A stretch of DNA of 61,240 nucleotides, the filler included. It is 3 parts of 3 records of this genome, joined end to end, with 100 filler letters (N's around TTAATTAATTAA, not from the genome) between each part and the next. Parts side by side here need not be neighbours in the genome. Positions count along the whole stretch, not along the records: positions 1 to 27,286 come from DRR723986_4697; 2 more parts are not named here. One strand, 5' to 3'. Under the pieces are notes generated by a model. That model was not told where the DNA came from, did not search any database, and saw only the letters and a list, made by a program, of their open reading frames with translations. Position numbers and translations under genes: made by a program. Positions 9,616 to 20,057 of the stretch are shown piece after piece. The number at the start of each line of letters is the position of its first letter. Position 1 is the first letter of the stretch.

Positions 9616-12357
9616 ATGCAATCCTCCCTGAAGGCCATTCTGGGCCCCACCAATACCGGTAAGACGCATTACGCGATTGAACGGATGACCGGCTTCGGCA
9701 CCGGCATGATCGGCCTGCCGCTGCGCCTGCTGGCGCGGGAAGTCTATGACCGGGTCGTGGAGCGCAAGGGCGAGGCCGCCGCGGCGTTGATCACGGGGGA
9801 AGAGCGGATTGTTCCGTCCACGGCGCGATACTTCATCTGCACGGTCGAGGCGATGCCGGTGGAGCTGCGCACCGACTTCGTGGCCATCGACGAAATCCAG
9901 CTCGCCCAGGACGAGGATCGCGGCCATATCTTTACCGACCGCATTCTGAATTTGCGCGGCAATCATGAGACGCTGCTGCTCGGCTCCGACACGATGCGCG
10001 GCCTTTTGCGAGAGTTGAAACTGCAGGCGGAGACCGAGCCGCGCGAGCGCTTCTCGGAATTGCGCTATATCGGTCATACCAAGATTACCAAGCTGCCGAA
10101 GCGCACGGCGATTGTCGGCTTCAGTGCCGAAGAGGTTTACGCCATCGCCGAACTGCTGCGCCGGCAGAAGGGTGGGGCGGCGGTGGTGATGGGTGCGCTC
10201 AGCCCCCGCACGCGCAATGCGCAGGTCGAGATGTTCCAGTCCGGCGAGGTCGACTATATCGTTGCGACCGACGCCATCGGCATGGGCCTGAATCTCGATG
10301 TCGACCGGGTGGTCTTCGCCTCACGCTCGAAATTCGACGGGCGGCGCCACCGCCCGCTGACACTGGCCGAATGCGGACAGATCGCCGGCCGGGCCGGGCG
10401 CTTCCGGCAAGACGGTGAATTCGGCGAAACGGCGGACTGTCCGCCCTTCGAGGAGGAGCAGTGGCGCGCCATCGAGGCCCACCGGTTCGATCCGGTGGAC
10501 GCGATCCAGTGGCGCAATTCCGATCTCGACTTCTCGTCGTTGAAATCGCTGATCCGTAGCCTGGAAAAGCCCTCGGGCAATCCGGTGCTGATCCATACGC
10601 CGCATGCGCTGGACGAATGGGTGCTGCGCCGGATGGGGGAGGATGGCCATATCGGCCCGGATGTGTCCGGCGCCCGGAAAGTGCGCCGCCTCTGGGATCT
10701 CGCCCGCCTGCCTGACTTCCGCAAGCTGGGGCCTGAGGGTCATGGCCGGCTGGTGCTCGGCCTCGCCGAGACGCTGATGGACCCGGATGCGCGCCTGTCG
10801 AATGCCGGCATGGAGCGGCGGCTGGACGATCTGTCCTCCACCGAGGGCGACATCGCAAAATTGCAGCAGCGCCTTGCCAGCATCCGCACATGGACGTATG
10901 CGGCCAACCGCCCCGATTGGTTGGAGAACCCTGCTTATTGGCAGGAAAAGACCCGCACGATAGAAGACGCCTTGTCCGACGCGCTACACCAGGCGCTGAC
11001 AGCAAGATTCGTGGACCGAAGAACAACAGCGCTGCTCGCCAGCCTGAAAAAGGAAGATGCACTCGTGACTGACCTGACGCCGGAAGGCGACGTGACCGTC
11101 GAAGGCCACATCGTCGGCCGCCTGAAAGGCCTGACCTTTGAACCGGTCCTGGACGCCCGAACCCTGGAAGGAAAGGCTGTGCGCGGCGCGGCCGCGGCCG
11201 CCATCCGCCCGATGCTGCTGCAACGCCTCGGCCAGATCGCGGGGGCGGCGTCGGATGCCTTTACGCTGGCCGATGACGGCTCGATCGAACATGGCGGCGC
11301 CGCTGTGGCGCGCCTGTCGAAAGGCGCAACCTGGATGACCCCGCGTGTCGACCTGGTCGGCGCGACCGAGACAGAACCGCACGACCGCGAACCGGCCCGT
11401 GCCCGGATCGAGGAATGGCTGCGCAGCGAAATCGCGCGCGTCCTGCCGGTCCACTGGAAACTCTCCGAGGAGAAATCGGGCGAGACGCTGGACGGCCTGC
11501 CGCGCGGCCTCGCCTTCCGCGTGCTGGAAAGCGGCGCGGCGGTGGACCTGCGGGGTGACGACCAGTCCGTCCGCCTGACGCCGGAACAGCGCGAGGCCCT
11601 GAAAGGCATCGGCATCCGTGCCGGCCGTGTCGCCGCCCATGTGCCGGATGCGCAAAAGCCTGCTGCCCAGCGCATGATCGCCATCCTGCGCGCCGTGTTT
11701 GCCGATGAAGCCTTTCCGCTCGCGCCGGAAGGGGCGGGCTCCTTCGCACTGGACGGCACCTGGCCGGAAGAGGCGCTCGCCGCCAACGGCTATCTCCGCT
11801 TCGGCAAACGCGCCGTGCGGGCAGATCTCGCCGAGCGCCTCGGCTGGGAATTGTCCAAACGGCGCCGCGAGGCCGGCAAGAACGCATTTGCCATCCCGAT
11901 TGATCTGGCGTCCGTCGTGTCCTGCCCGGCCGATGACTGGCCGGCTGTGCTGAAAGGCTTCGCCCTTGCCCCGGCTGAGAAGGATCCGGAAACCGGCGCC
12001 GTCACGCTCTGGCGCTATGGCGCCCGCTCGCGCCCCGAAGAGGGCGGCGGCCGCCCGCCACGCCGCGAGGGCGGGCATGGGCAAGGTAAACGCGTGGACA
12101 ATCGTGGCGGCGGAAAAGGCGGTCCCCGCCCGGGCGGCAAGGGCGGTTTGCCGCGCCGGTCTGCCCCGCAGAGCCGCCAGCCGGATCCGAACAGCCCCTT
12201 CGCTGCGCTGGCCGCCCTGTTGCCGCCGGAACCGCCGCCGAAAAAGAAGCGCAAGCCCAAGAAAAAGAGCGGCGCGAAACAGGGGTCTGCCGGCGGATCG
12301 GCTGGAAACGAAGCTGCTGGATCAAAAGGCGGTTTCACTTACACGCCGTTCAGCTGA
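9616..12357 (+). CDS. Suv3-like SF2 RNA helicase (MgpS-like)
   Basis: LGPTNTGKT, IDEIQ, ATDAIGMGLN, QIAGRAGR; basic low-complexity C-terminus; ATG at 9616. Confidence 0.9.
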   Translation: MQSSLKAILGPTNTGKTHYAIERMTGFGTGMIGLPLRLLAREVYDRVVERKGEAAAALITGEERIVPSTARYFICTVEAMPVELRTDFVAIDEIQLAQDEDRGHIFTDRILNLRGNHETLLLGSDTMRGLLRELKLQAETEPRERFSELRYIGHTKITKLPKRTAIVGFSAEEVYAIAELLRRQKGGAAVVMGALSPRTRNAQVEMFQSGEVDYIVATDAIGMGLNLDVDRVVFASRSKFDGRRHRPLTLAECGQIAGRAGRFRQDGEFGETADCPPFEEEQWRAIEAHRFDPVDAIQWRNSDLDFSSLKSLIRSLEKPSGNPVLIHTPHALDEWVLRRMGEDGHIGPDVSGARKVRRLWDLARLPDFRKLGPEGHGRLVLGLAETLMDPDARLSNAGMERRLDDLSSTEGDIAKLQQRLASIRTWTYAANRPDWLENPAYWQEKTRTIEDALSDALHQALTARFVDRRTTALLASLKKEDALVTDLTPEGDVTVEGHIVGRLKGLTFEPVLDARTLEGKAVRGAAAAAIRPMLLQRLGQIAGAASDAFTLADDGSIEHGGAAVARLSKGATWMTPRVDLVGATETEPHDREPARARIEEWLRSEIARVLPVHWKLSEEKSGETLDGLPRGLAFRVLESGAAVDLRGDDQSVRLTPEQREALKGIGIRAGRVAAHVPDAQKPAAQRMIAILRAVFADEAFPLAPEGAGSFALDGTWPEEALAANGYLRFGKRAVRADLAERLGWELSKRRREAGKNAFAIPIDLASVVSCPADDWPAVLKGFALAPAEKDPETGAVTLWRYGARSRPEEGGGRPPRREGGHGQGKRVDNRGGGKGGPRPGGKGGLPRRSAPQSRQPDPNSPFAALAALLPPEPPPKKKRKPKKKSGAKQGSAGGSAGNEAAGSKGGFTYTPFS

Positions 12358-12365
12358 GCACGCGG

Positions 12366-12650
12366 ATGGACGACACGCTGCGCCTTGATGTCTGGCTGTG
12401 GCGGGCGCGCTTTTTCAAGACACGGTCCCTGGCGGCCGGCCATGTGCGCGGACGCGGGGTGCGCCTGTCGCATAACGGACAGACCCGCCGGATCGACAAG
12501 CCGGGCCAGGTGATCACACCGGGTGATGTTGTAACCATTGCGCGTGGGGCGCATATAACCAGCGTTGAGATCCTCGAGCTCGGCACACGGCGTGGCCCGC
12601 CTGCCGAAGCCCAGGCGCTCTACAGATTATTGGAAGGCGGACCTGAATGA
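12366..12650 (+). CDS. RNA-binding S4 domain protein (Hsp15/HslR-like)
   Basis: RLDVWLWRARFFKTRSLA...RRGP..EAQ.LY. Confidence 0.88.
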   Translation: MDDTLRLDVWLWRARFFKTRSLAAGHVRGRGVRLSHNGQTRRIDKPGQVITPGDVVTIARGAHITSVEILELGTRRGPPAEAQALYRLLEGGPE

Positions 12651-13084
12651 ATATTCTCCGAAATCTCTTCCGGTCCCGCACGCCGGCTGAGCGCGACATG
12701 GATCCGAAACTGGCGGCAGCTGCGCTTCTGGTCGAAGCGGCCCTGGTCGATGGCGTATATGTGAACATCGAAAGCGACATGATCGCGGAGATTCTGCTGG
12801 ATGCTTTCGATCTGGAAGCCGAGCAGGTGGATGAGCTGATTTCCGAAGGTGAAACCCTCGCCGAAGAGGCCGTCGATTCCTTCAATTTCACCCGCCACGT
12901 AAAAAAACTTCCCATGGAAACAAGGGTATCCGTGATCGAGGGACTCTACCGCGTGGCCCTTTCCGACGGCGAACGGTCTGACGAGGAGGATGCCTTCATC
13001 CGCCATGTCGCCTCGCTCCTTTATGTCGACGATGTGGCCCGCGCAGGCGCCCGCCAGCGCGCCGAAGCCCGTCGCACTGCGTAA
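12647..13084 (+). CDS. TerB family protein
   Basis: AAALLVEAALVDG...E...L..VALSDG...EE...I..VA.LL TerB-like pattern. Confidence 0.8.
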   Translation: MNILRNLFRSRTPAERDMDPKLAAAALLVEAALVDGVYVNIESDMIAEILLDAFDLEAEQVDELISEGETLAEEAVDSFNFTRHVKKLPMETRVSVIEGLYRVALSDGERSDEEDAFIRHVASLLYVDDVARAGARQRAEARRTA

Positions 13085-13177
13085 AGCTAAACACACCGTG
13101 CAGGACGCCGCATTGACAGGGCTCGCTACGCGCGCCATTTCGCCCCTGCAAAAATCCTCTGAAGAGGCCTTCCGCCC

Positions 13178-13519
13178 ATGACCTATATCGTTGTCGACGC
13201 CTGTATCCGCTGCAAATACATGGATTGCGTCGAGGTTTGCCCCGTCGATTGCTTCTATGAAGGCGAGAACATGCTCGTCATCCATCCGGAAGAATGTATC
13301 GACTGCGGCGTGTGTGAGCCGGAATGCCCGGTCGAGGCCATCAAGCCTGATACGGAAGACGATCCGGACGGCAAGTGGCTGAAGCTCAATTCCGAGTATT
13401 CAAAGACGTGGCCAAACATCACCCGAATGAAAGAGCCGCCGGCGGACCGTGAAGAGTTTGCGCAGGAAACTGGTAAACTTGAGAAATACTTCAGTGCCAA
13501 TCCGGGAGCCGGAGACTGA
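13178..13519 (+). CDS. fdxA: 7Fe ferredoxin FdxA
   Basis: [18 protein letters not shown]...[12 protein letters not shown]. Confidence 0.95.
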   Translation: MTYIVVDACIRCKYMDCVEVCPVDCFYEGENMLVIHPEECIDCGVCEPECPVEAIKPDTEDDPDGKWLKLNSEYSKTWPNITRMKEPPADREEFAQETGKLEKYFSANPGAGD

Positions 13520-13770
13520 CCGGCTGACTCCTCCGGGGGCGCTGCAACTGCTGCAGGACTGAGGAAAAGTTAACGATTTCCGGCGCTTCGTTAATTTCAT
13601 ACATGGTTAACGGTTGCGCAGACCTGTTGAAAAAGCTGCAGATTTGTGATACTGTTCAGACTTGAGCAATAAATGAAAAGAGCTGCAACTTCCTAACTCA
13701 GACCGTACATACAGCGGACTGGGGTGGGTTTCTTCGGCTCTTATATGCGTAGAAAAGGGCGATAACCGAC

Positions 13771-14292
13771 ATGGCGAAAAAAACAGATGCCTCACTGACG
13801 TTCGGGGTGGGTCAAAGCGTCGTTTACCCGGCACACGGGGTCGGCAAGATCACCGGGGTAGAGAAGCAGACTGTCGCCGGGATGGAACTGGAAGTTTACG
13901 TCGTCGCTTTCGATCAGGACAAAATGATCCTGCGCGTGCCGACCAATCGCGCCGAAGCTTCCGGCATGCGGGCGCTGGCCGGCTCCAAGCTGGTTGACGA
14001 TGCCCTCAAGACGCTGGGCGGCAAGGCCCGTATCAAGCGCACCATGTGGTCGCGCCGGGCCCAGGAATACGAAGCCAAGATCAATTCCGGCGACCTGATC
14101 TCGATCGCCGAAGTCGTGCGCGACCTGCACCGCGGCGAAGACCAGCCTGAACAGTCTTACTCCGAGCGCCAGCTCTATGAGAGCGCGCTGGACCGTATGG
14201 CCCGTGAACTGGCCGCCGTCGAAAACATCGACAAGGGCGACGCCATGGAAAAGCTGGCCAAATCGCTGGCCAAGAAAAAAGTGGCCGCCTAA
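13771..14292 (+). CDS. carD: CarD/CdnL transcription factor
   Basis: VVYPAHGVG, LRVPT, MWSRRAQEYEAKINSG, SYSERQLYE. Confidence 0.95.
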   Translation: MAKKTDASLTFGVGQSVVYPAHGVGKITGVEKQTVAGMELEVYVVAFDQDKMILRVPTNRAEASGMRALAGSKLVDDALKTLGGKARIKRTMWSRRAQEYEAKINSGDLISIAEVVRDLHRGEDQPEQSYSERQLYESALDRMARELAAVENIDKGDAMEKLAKSLAKKKVAA

Positions 14293-14321
14293 GCGACCAC
14301 TTTACAGAACTCATCATGCAG

Positions 14322-14359
14322 AAACCCTCGCGAAGCTCCGGCTCCGCGGGGGTTTTTTC
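14322..14359 (+). terminator. Rho-independent terminator after carD
   Basis: AAACCCTCGCGAAGC-TCCG-GCTCCGCGGGGGTTT hairpin followed by T tract. Confidence 0.8.
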
Positions 14360-14931
14360 TATGCGGCAGCGGCTTTGGCTTTCGCCCGGCCGGAATCGAC
14401 GATCACAATCGCAGCCGTGATCAGATAGGTGGCCACCACGACCAGCGGCAGCAGGGTGTAGCGCCCCTCCGGCACGAGCCACCAGACCATGAACACGGCG
14501 ACGGCGCGGATCAGGGCATGGTTCATGTAGAGCCAAGTGCGGTTGTAGCTCCAGCCGATCACGGGGAAGTGGAGGGAGAGACCGACCGCCAGGATCAGCG
14601 GGAAGAGATCCTTCGCGGTCCAGAGGGCCCCGATCGCCATGGGCCAGAACAGTAGCATGGCGATGAAGGCCGGCAGCAGCACGCTGGTGACAGGCGTGCG
14701 GTCCTTCAGGAAGTTGTTGCCGAAGATCGCGCCGTACATCACCGCGAGGGGAAAGATCGTACCGCTGCCGAACAGGGCGATGGGAAACCAGAAGCGCAGC
14801 TCCAGCAGGTAACCGGCCGCGGCGAGACCGGCCCAATAGGTCGCCCCAGCCAGCAGTACGGGAAATCCGCCCTGTAGCCGTACATAGCTTGCCTCACGCG
14901 CATCGCGCAGCGCGGTTTCCAGATCGCTCAT
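14359..14931 (-). CDS. Multi-pass membrane protein of unknown function
   Basis: About 6 TM segments; ATG at 14931 preceded by AGGA. Confidence 0.75.
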   Translation of the reverse strand: MSDLETALRDAREASYVRLQGGFPVLLAGATYWAGLAAAGYLLELRFWFPIALFGSGTIFPLAVMYGAIFGNNFLKDRTPVTSVLLPAFIAMLLFWPMAIGALWTAKDLFPLILAVGLSLHFPVIGWSYNRTWLYMNHALIRAVAVFMVWWLVPEGRYTLLPLVVVATYLITAAIVIVDSGRAKAKAAAA

Positions 14932-15220
14932 GAAGGTAGTTCCTGTCTTGCTCGCTCCGCCTGGCGAGGCCATTTTTCCTTTGAAGGCCCCCAATTCGGT
15001 ATGATGGACCTTCAATTCAAGGTGTCTTTCGGGGGAAACTTAACCGCAACACGTCCGGCATTAACGAAGCCGGGCTGCACGCCATTTCCTGTTAACCTTA
15101 ACGAAAACCTGAAGGCGCACTCTTTTCTCCGTCGCCGGACATTCCGGTGATCCTTGGGTTGGTCCTGGAAAGTACGGAGAAAACTCCGGCTGAAGGGAAA
15201 ATGGGTGACAGGAGAACGAG

Positions 15221-15490
15221 ATGCCCTATTCAGATATGCCTTTGCCGCCAGGAGCCCTGCTGGGCGCCGATGCCTGTGCAGAAGATCTTTACCAGGCCGG
15301 CCTTGTATGCGCCGCCGGAATCGATGCCGACATCGATCTGGTCGCCGCACACAAATGGTTCAACCTCGCCGCCTCACGCGGGCATGAGGAAGCCAAGTTC
15401 CAGCGCCAGGAAATGGCCGAACTTCTGACGTCGGAAGAAGTGAAGACCGCTCTGTCCGCCGCGCGCGACTGGCTGAAGCTCGCCCACTAA
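15221..15490 (+). CDS. Small Sel1-repeat family protein
   Basis: DLVAAHKWFNLAASRGHEEAK...MAELLTSEEV..A..AAR.W; GGAG upstream. Confidence 0.85.
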   Translation: MPYSDMPLPPGALLGADACAEDLYQAGLVCAAGIDADIDLVAAHKWFNLAASRGHEEAKFQRQEMAELLTSEEVKTALSAARDWLKLAH

Positions 15491-15748
15491 GACCCATACG
15501 GGCAGAGGGGGCAAGCCCCCTGATGGCTGAGTGGCTCTTCTCGGCTGCTGCACGATGCATGTCCGCCGCATAGGGACGTATGCGGAGGGTGGGTGCCGCT
15601 GGCGGCGGCCGGGTCTGGCCCGCAAAGCGATTAGTCTCCGGCATGCCTGCTGGGAAGCAGGACACACCGGAGACCGATCAAAATGCAGCACGCTGCAAAG
15701 TATTGCCGGGGCCGTGGGGATGGAACGCCGGCAAAAGGGTGGGCGGCG

Positions 15749-16156
15749 TTATGAACTCGCCGCGCGGCTGGCCTGGAACCCGGTTTTCTTCTGGGGCGGC
15801 CGAAGCAGGAAATAGAGGAACGCGGCGATGAAGCCCATATCCATCAGCACGATCAGTGTCGTGGTGAAAGGAATGGTGCCGTGGTACCAGTCCGGCAGGT
15901 AGACATAGGCAATGCCCAACTTGCCGAGCAGGCCCGCCCAGACGACCGGGCGGTAGCGCTGCGGGTCCCCGCCGACAATCGCGTAGACGACACCGAAACA
16001 GAGCACGAGCGCGCCGGTGACTTTCATGAGTGCCGGATCGACGGCTTCCACGGTGCCGGTCATGGCGACCATCGTCTCCGGAGAGATGAAAAGTGGCGCG
16101 CCAATTGCAAGGTTGAAGAAGGCTGCGGTCCAGAAAAAGATCTGCCAGTCTTTCAT
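15749..16156 (-). CDS. Small 4-TM membrane protein
   Basis: ATG at 16156 with GAGGGAG; four hydrophobic segments. Confidence 0.7.
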   Translation of the reverse strand: MKDWQIFFWTAAFFNLAIGAPLFISPETMVAMTGTVEAVDPALMKVTGALVLCFGVVYAIVGGDPQRYRPVVWAGLLGKLGIAYVYLPDWYHGTIPFTTTLIVLMDMGFIAAFLYFLLRPPQKKTGFQASRAASS

Positions 16157-16479
16157 GTTCGTCTCCCTCTGCGGCGTAACGGACGGATCCGGACCCGCCG
16201 CTTCTCTGAACATTACCGCCAGAATTCCCCGGAAACCTTTATGGCTGTTTTCGCCGATTGATCGAATTGATCGGAACAGCACCAAATTGCTGGGTTTTCG
16301 CATTATATACGTGTGCGGAGTGGCAGAATGACCACGCCCGACAGCAGTCTCGTGTGCTTTGTGTCGCCCAGGTTACACATTCGGTAACCTTGATCCGGGT
16401 GCCGGACGGCAGGTTTCCCTGTTCCAGACCGGGACGCGGTGGCCGGTGAGCACATGTCTCCCGGCGGCACAATCGAGCG

Positions 16480-18048
16480 TCAGCCGACCCGGCGGTCCAT
16501 GTCTTTCCAGTAGGGCTCTCTCAGATCCTTGCGCAGGATCTTGCCCGACGGATTGCGGGGCAGGGCCTCGATGATATCGACCGACTTCGGACATTTGTAA
16601 CCGGCGATGCGTTCCCTCGCCCAGGCGATCACGCTTTCCGGCGTCGGCGTTTCGCCGGGCTTGGCCACCACGATGGCTTTCACCGCTTCGCCCCATTTCT
16701 CGTCGGGCACGCCGATCACGGCAACGTCTGCGACCGCCGGGTGGCCGAAGATCGCGTTCTCGACTTCCGCCGGATAGACGTTCTCCCCGCCGGACACGAT
16801 CATGTCCTTTACGCGGTCGTGGATGTAGAGAAAGCCGTCTTCGTCGAAATAGCCGGCGTCGCCCGTGTGGAAGAAGCCGTTGCGGATCGCCTCTTCGGTG
16901 GCTTCCGGACGGTTCCAGTAGCCTTTCATGACGAAGCCGGCCTTGATGACGATCTCGCCGACTTCACCGGTCGGCACCGGCGCGCCGGTGTCGTCGACGC
17001 AGCGGATCACGGCGCCGGGATATGGCACGCCGCAGGAGCGCAGCTTGCCCCAGGAAGGATCATGCGCCTCCGGCGGCAGGAAAGCACCGGCCCCGACCGT
17101 CTCGGTCAGGCCATAAAGCTGTGTGAACCGCGCGCCCATGATTTCCTTCGCTTCCAGCAGTAGGCTCTCTGCAATCGGGGAGGCGCCATAAAAGATCTGC
17201 TTGAGCTTGCTCCAGTCGATCTCGCGCACATTCGGCTGCTGGGTCAGCATCAGGATCACCGCCGGCACCCAGAAGGCATGCATGATCTCCTGCTCTTCGA
17301 TCAGGCTGAGGATCGCCTGCGGATCAATCTCTCGCAGCACGACGGTGCGGGCGCCCTGAATAGCGGCGAGCAGACCGATATTGACTCCGGCCACATGGAA
17401 GAGCGGCATCGCGTTCATTACGCCTTCGCCCACACCATAGGTGGACCATTCCAGCATGGCCGCCTGCTCGAACAGGGCCCGGTAATTGGCATTGGTCAGC
17501 TGCACGCCCTTGGGCAGGCCGGTTGTGCCGGACGTGTAGAGCTGAATCACGTCATCTTCCGGCTTTGGCGTCAGGCCGGGCAGGGCAGCGCTCTGGCTGT
17601 CGCGCCACTCGCGATAATCCGGCCATTCGGGATGGCCGCCATCGACGGCAATGATCTGGACAAGGTCAGGCAGGTCGGCCCGGATCTGTTCGGCCATGTC
17701 ATAGAAGTCGCGGCCCACGAACAACACCTTTGCCCCGGCATCGGACAGGATGAACTGCACTTCCGGCGCGGCGAGGCGGGTGTTCACCGCCGTCATCACG
17801 GCGCGGGCCTTCGCCGCGCCGTACAGCATCTCATAATATTGTGATGTGTTCTTTGCGAGGTATCCCACGCGGTCGTCCGGCCCGACGCCCAGCGCGACAA
17901 GGCCATTGGCGACCTGGTTGGAATAGATGTCCAGCTCGCGATAGGTCGTCGTCTCGCCTTCGAACCAGAAGGCTGTGTCTTCAGGGCGCATCTGGGCCTG
18001 CACGCGCGGGACATCCGCCAGAAAAGGCATTGCCTCTGTGTCGATCAT
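16480..18048 (-). CDS. Long-chain fatty acid-CoA ligase
   Basis: YTSGTTGLPKG, YGLTE, HTGDAG, DRVKDMIVSGGENVYPAEVE, PRNPSGKIL. Confidence 0.92.
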   Translation of the reverse strand: MIDTEAMPFLADVPRVQAQMRPEDTAFWFEGETTTYRELDIYSNQVANGLVALGVGPDDRVGYLAKNTSQYYEMLYGAAKARAVMTAVNTRLAAPEVQFILSDAGAKVLFVGRDFYDMAEQIRADLPDLVQIIAVDGGHPEWPDYREWRDSQSAALPGLTPKPEDDVIQLYTSGTTGLPKGVQLTNANYRALFEQAAMLEWSTYGVGEGVMNAMPLFHVAGVNIGLLAAIQGARTVVLREIDPQAILSLIEEQEIMHAFWVPAVILMLTQQPNVREIDWSKLKQIFYGASPIAESLLLEAKEIMGARFTQLYGLTETVGAGAFLPPEAHDPSWGKLRSCGVPYPGAVIRCVDDTGAPVPTGEVGEIVIKAGFVMKGYWNRPEATEEAIRNGFFHTGDAGYFDEDGFLYIHDRVKDMIVSGGENVYPAEVENAIFGHPAVADVAVIGVPDEKWGEAVKAIVVAKPGETPTPESVIAWARERIAGYKCPKSVDIIEALPRNPSGKILRKDLREPYWKDMDRRVG

Positions 18049-18171
18049 GGGTTCCTCCGGCAAGTCTTTTTATTACTCCCGACTGTAGTGGCTTCTGGCC
18101 ATATGTCAGCCCATGACTGCGTTGCAGCTGCAGGCGGAACCCTTGCAGCCCCCGCGCGTTTGCGGCACTTG

Positions 18172-19464
18172 ATGCCCATGACGATTCAAACACCCGCTCC
18201 GAACGCCGAACTCGCCGAAACCATGCTGCAACTGGGCCGCAATGCCCGGGCAGCGTCTCGCGCGCTCGGTAAACTGACCGCTGATGACCGGACCCGTGGC
18301 CTGAAAGCCATTGCTGCGGCCATTCGCGCCGCCGCGCCGGACATCCTGGCTGCGAATGCCGAGGACATGGAAGCCGCCCGCGAAAAAGGGCTCGATCCCG
18401 CGATGCTCGACCGGCTGGCGCTGGACGAGGCGCGCGTCGAAGGCATTGCCAGCGGCGTTGAAGCCGTGGCTGGCCTGCCGGACCCGATTGGCCGCGAGCT
18501 CGCCCGCTGGACCGTGCCGTCCGGGCTGGACATCGCCCGCGTGTCCGTACCGCTCGGCGTGATCGGCATCATCTATGAGAGCCGCCCGAATGTGACGGCA
18601 GACGCCGGTGCGCTGTGCCTGCGGTCCGGCAATGCCGCGATCCTTCGCTGCGGCTCTGAAAGTGCCTTGTCGTCCCGGGCGCTTGTCAGCGCCATGCGCG
18701 GCGCGCTTGAGAAAGAAGGCCTGCCGCAGGACGCTATCCAGCTGGTGCCGACACAGGACCGCGAAGCAGTCGGCCATCTTCTGTCGGGCCTTGAAGGCGA
18801 TGTCGATGTGATTGTGCCGCGCGGCGGCCGCGGTCTTGTCGAACGCGTGCAGATGGATGCCCGCGTGCCGGTAATCGGCCATCTCGAAGGCCTCTGCCAT
18901 GTCTATGTCGACGGCGCAGCCGATCCGGAAAAGGCGATTGCCATCGTCGTCAACGCCAAGATGCGCCGGACCGGCATCTGCGGCTCCGCCGAAACGCTTC
19001 TGGTGGATTCGGCGATTGCTGACACGCTGCTGCCGAAACTGGCGGATGCTCTGAAAGAGACCGGCTGCGAACTACGCGGTGACGAACGTGCCCGCGCCAT
19101 CGTGCCGGACATGAAAACCGCAACCGAGGAAGATTGGGCCACGGAATATCTGGCACCGATCTTGGCTGTGGCCATTGTCGACGGCATTGACGGAGCGCTC
19201 GCGCACATCTCCCGCTGGTCGTCGGGCCATACCGAAGCCGTGATCACCGAGGATCAGGCGGTGGCCGACAAGTTCTTTGCGGATGTCGACAGCGCGATCC
19301 TGCTGCACAACGCTTCCACCCAGTTTGCGGATGGCGGCCAGTTCGGCATGGGCGCGGAAATCGGTATCGCCACGGGCCGCATTCATGCGCGCGGGCCGGT
19401 CGGGGCAGAACAGCTGACGACCTACAAATACCTCGTCCGCGGCAAGGGGCAGGTCCGTCCTTGA
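18172..19464 (+). CDS. proA: Glutamate-5-semialdehyde dehydrogenase
   Basis: VPLGVIGIIYESRPNVT, ICGSAETLLV, NASTQFADGGQFGMGAEIGI; start 18172 or 18178. Confidence 0.95.
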   Translation: MPMTIQTPAPNAELAETMLQLGRNARAASRALGKLTADDRTRGLKAIAAAIRAAAPDILAANAEDMEAAREKGLDPAMLDRLALDEARVEGIASGVEAVAGLPDPIGRELARWTVPSGLDIARVSVPLGVIGIIYESRPNVTADAGALCLRSGNAAILRCGSESALSSRALVSAMRGALEKEGLPQDAIQLVPTQDREAVGHLLSGLEGDVDVIVPRGGRGLVERVQMDARVPVIGHLEGLCHVYVDGAADPEKAIAIVVNAKMRRTGICGSAETLLVDSAIADTLLPKLADALKETGCELRGDERARAIVPDMKTATEEDWATEYLAPILAVAIVDGIDGALAHISRWSSGHTEAVITEDQAVADKFFADVDSAILLHNASTQFADGGQFGMGAEIGIATGRIHARGPVGAEQLTTYKYLVRGKGQVRP

Positions 19465-20057
19465 GGCCAGTCCGGTTTCCGGGTCCTGTAAAGGGGCTGC
19501 GCATCGGCCTGTTCGGTGGCAGCTTCAATCCGGCCCATACCGGGCACCTCCATGTTGCCGAAACGGCGATGAAACGTCTCCAGCTCGACTGGGTCTGGTG
19601 GATCGTCGCGCGCGGGAACCCGCTGAAGACCGATCATGGCGATTTCAATAGCCGCTTTGCGTCGGCGGAGGCTGTCGCCGGACATCATCCGCGCATGATC
19701 GTCACCGACATCGAGAAACAGCTGGGCTACACCTATTCCTGGCAGACGCTGCTGACGCTCGCATCCCACGCGCCGCAAGCCGATTTCGTCTGGCTGATGG
19801 GCGCCGACAATATGGTGGGCTTCCATTACTGGCAGCGCTGGCAGGACATTGCCCGGCTGATGCCGATCGCGATTGTCGCCCGGCCCGGTGTGGGCCCCGG
19901 CGCGCGCAATTCGAAATTCGCCCGCACCTTTGCGAAGTATCGTATCCCGGAAGCCTATGCGCCGCTGCTGCCGGACATGGCGCCGCCTGCCTGGGTTTAC
20001 CTGAAAGGCCCGCTGGACAAGTCCTCCTCCACCGCGATCCGCGAGGCGAAGGCATGA
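19461..20057 (+). CDS. nadD: Nicotinate-nucleotide adenylyltransferase
   Basis: GLFGGSFNPAHTGH, WLMGADN, SSTAIR; follows proA. Confidence 0.92.
   Translation: MRPVRFPGPVKGLRIGLFGGSFNPAHTGHLHVAETAMKRLQLDWVWWIVARGNPLKTDHGDFNSRFASAEAVAGHHPRMIVTDIEKQLGYTYSWQTLLTLASHAPQADFVWLMGADNMVGFHYWQRWQDIARLMPIAIVARPGVGPGARNSKFARTFAKYRIPEAYAPLLPDMAPPAWVYLKGPLDKSSSTAIREAKA

Noticed and set aside
12647-13084. Tellurite-resistance (ter) operon
   Set aside because: Single stand-alone TerB-like gene; no terA/C/D/Z neighbours
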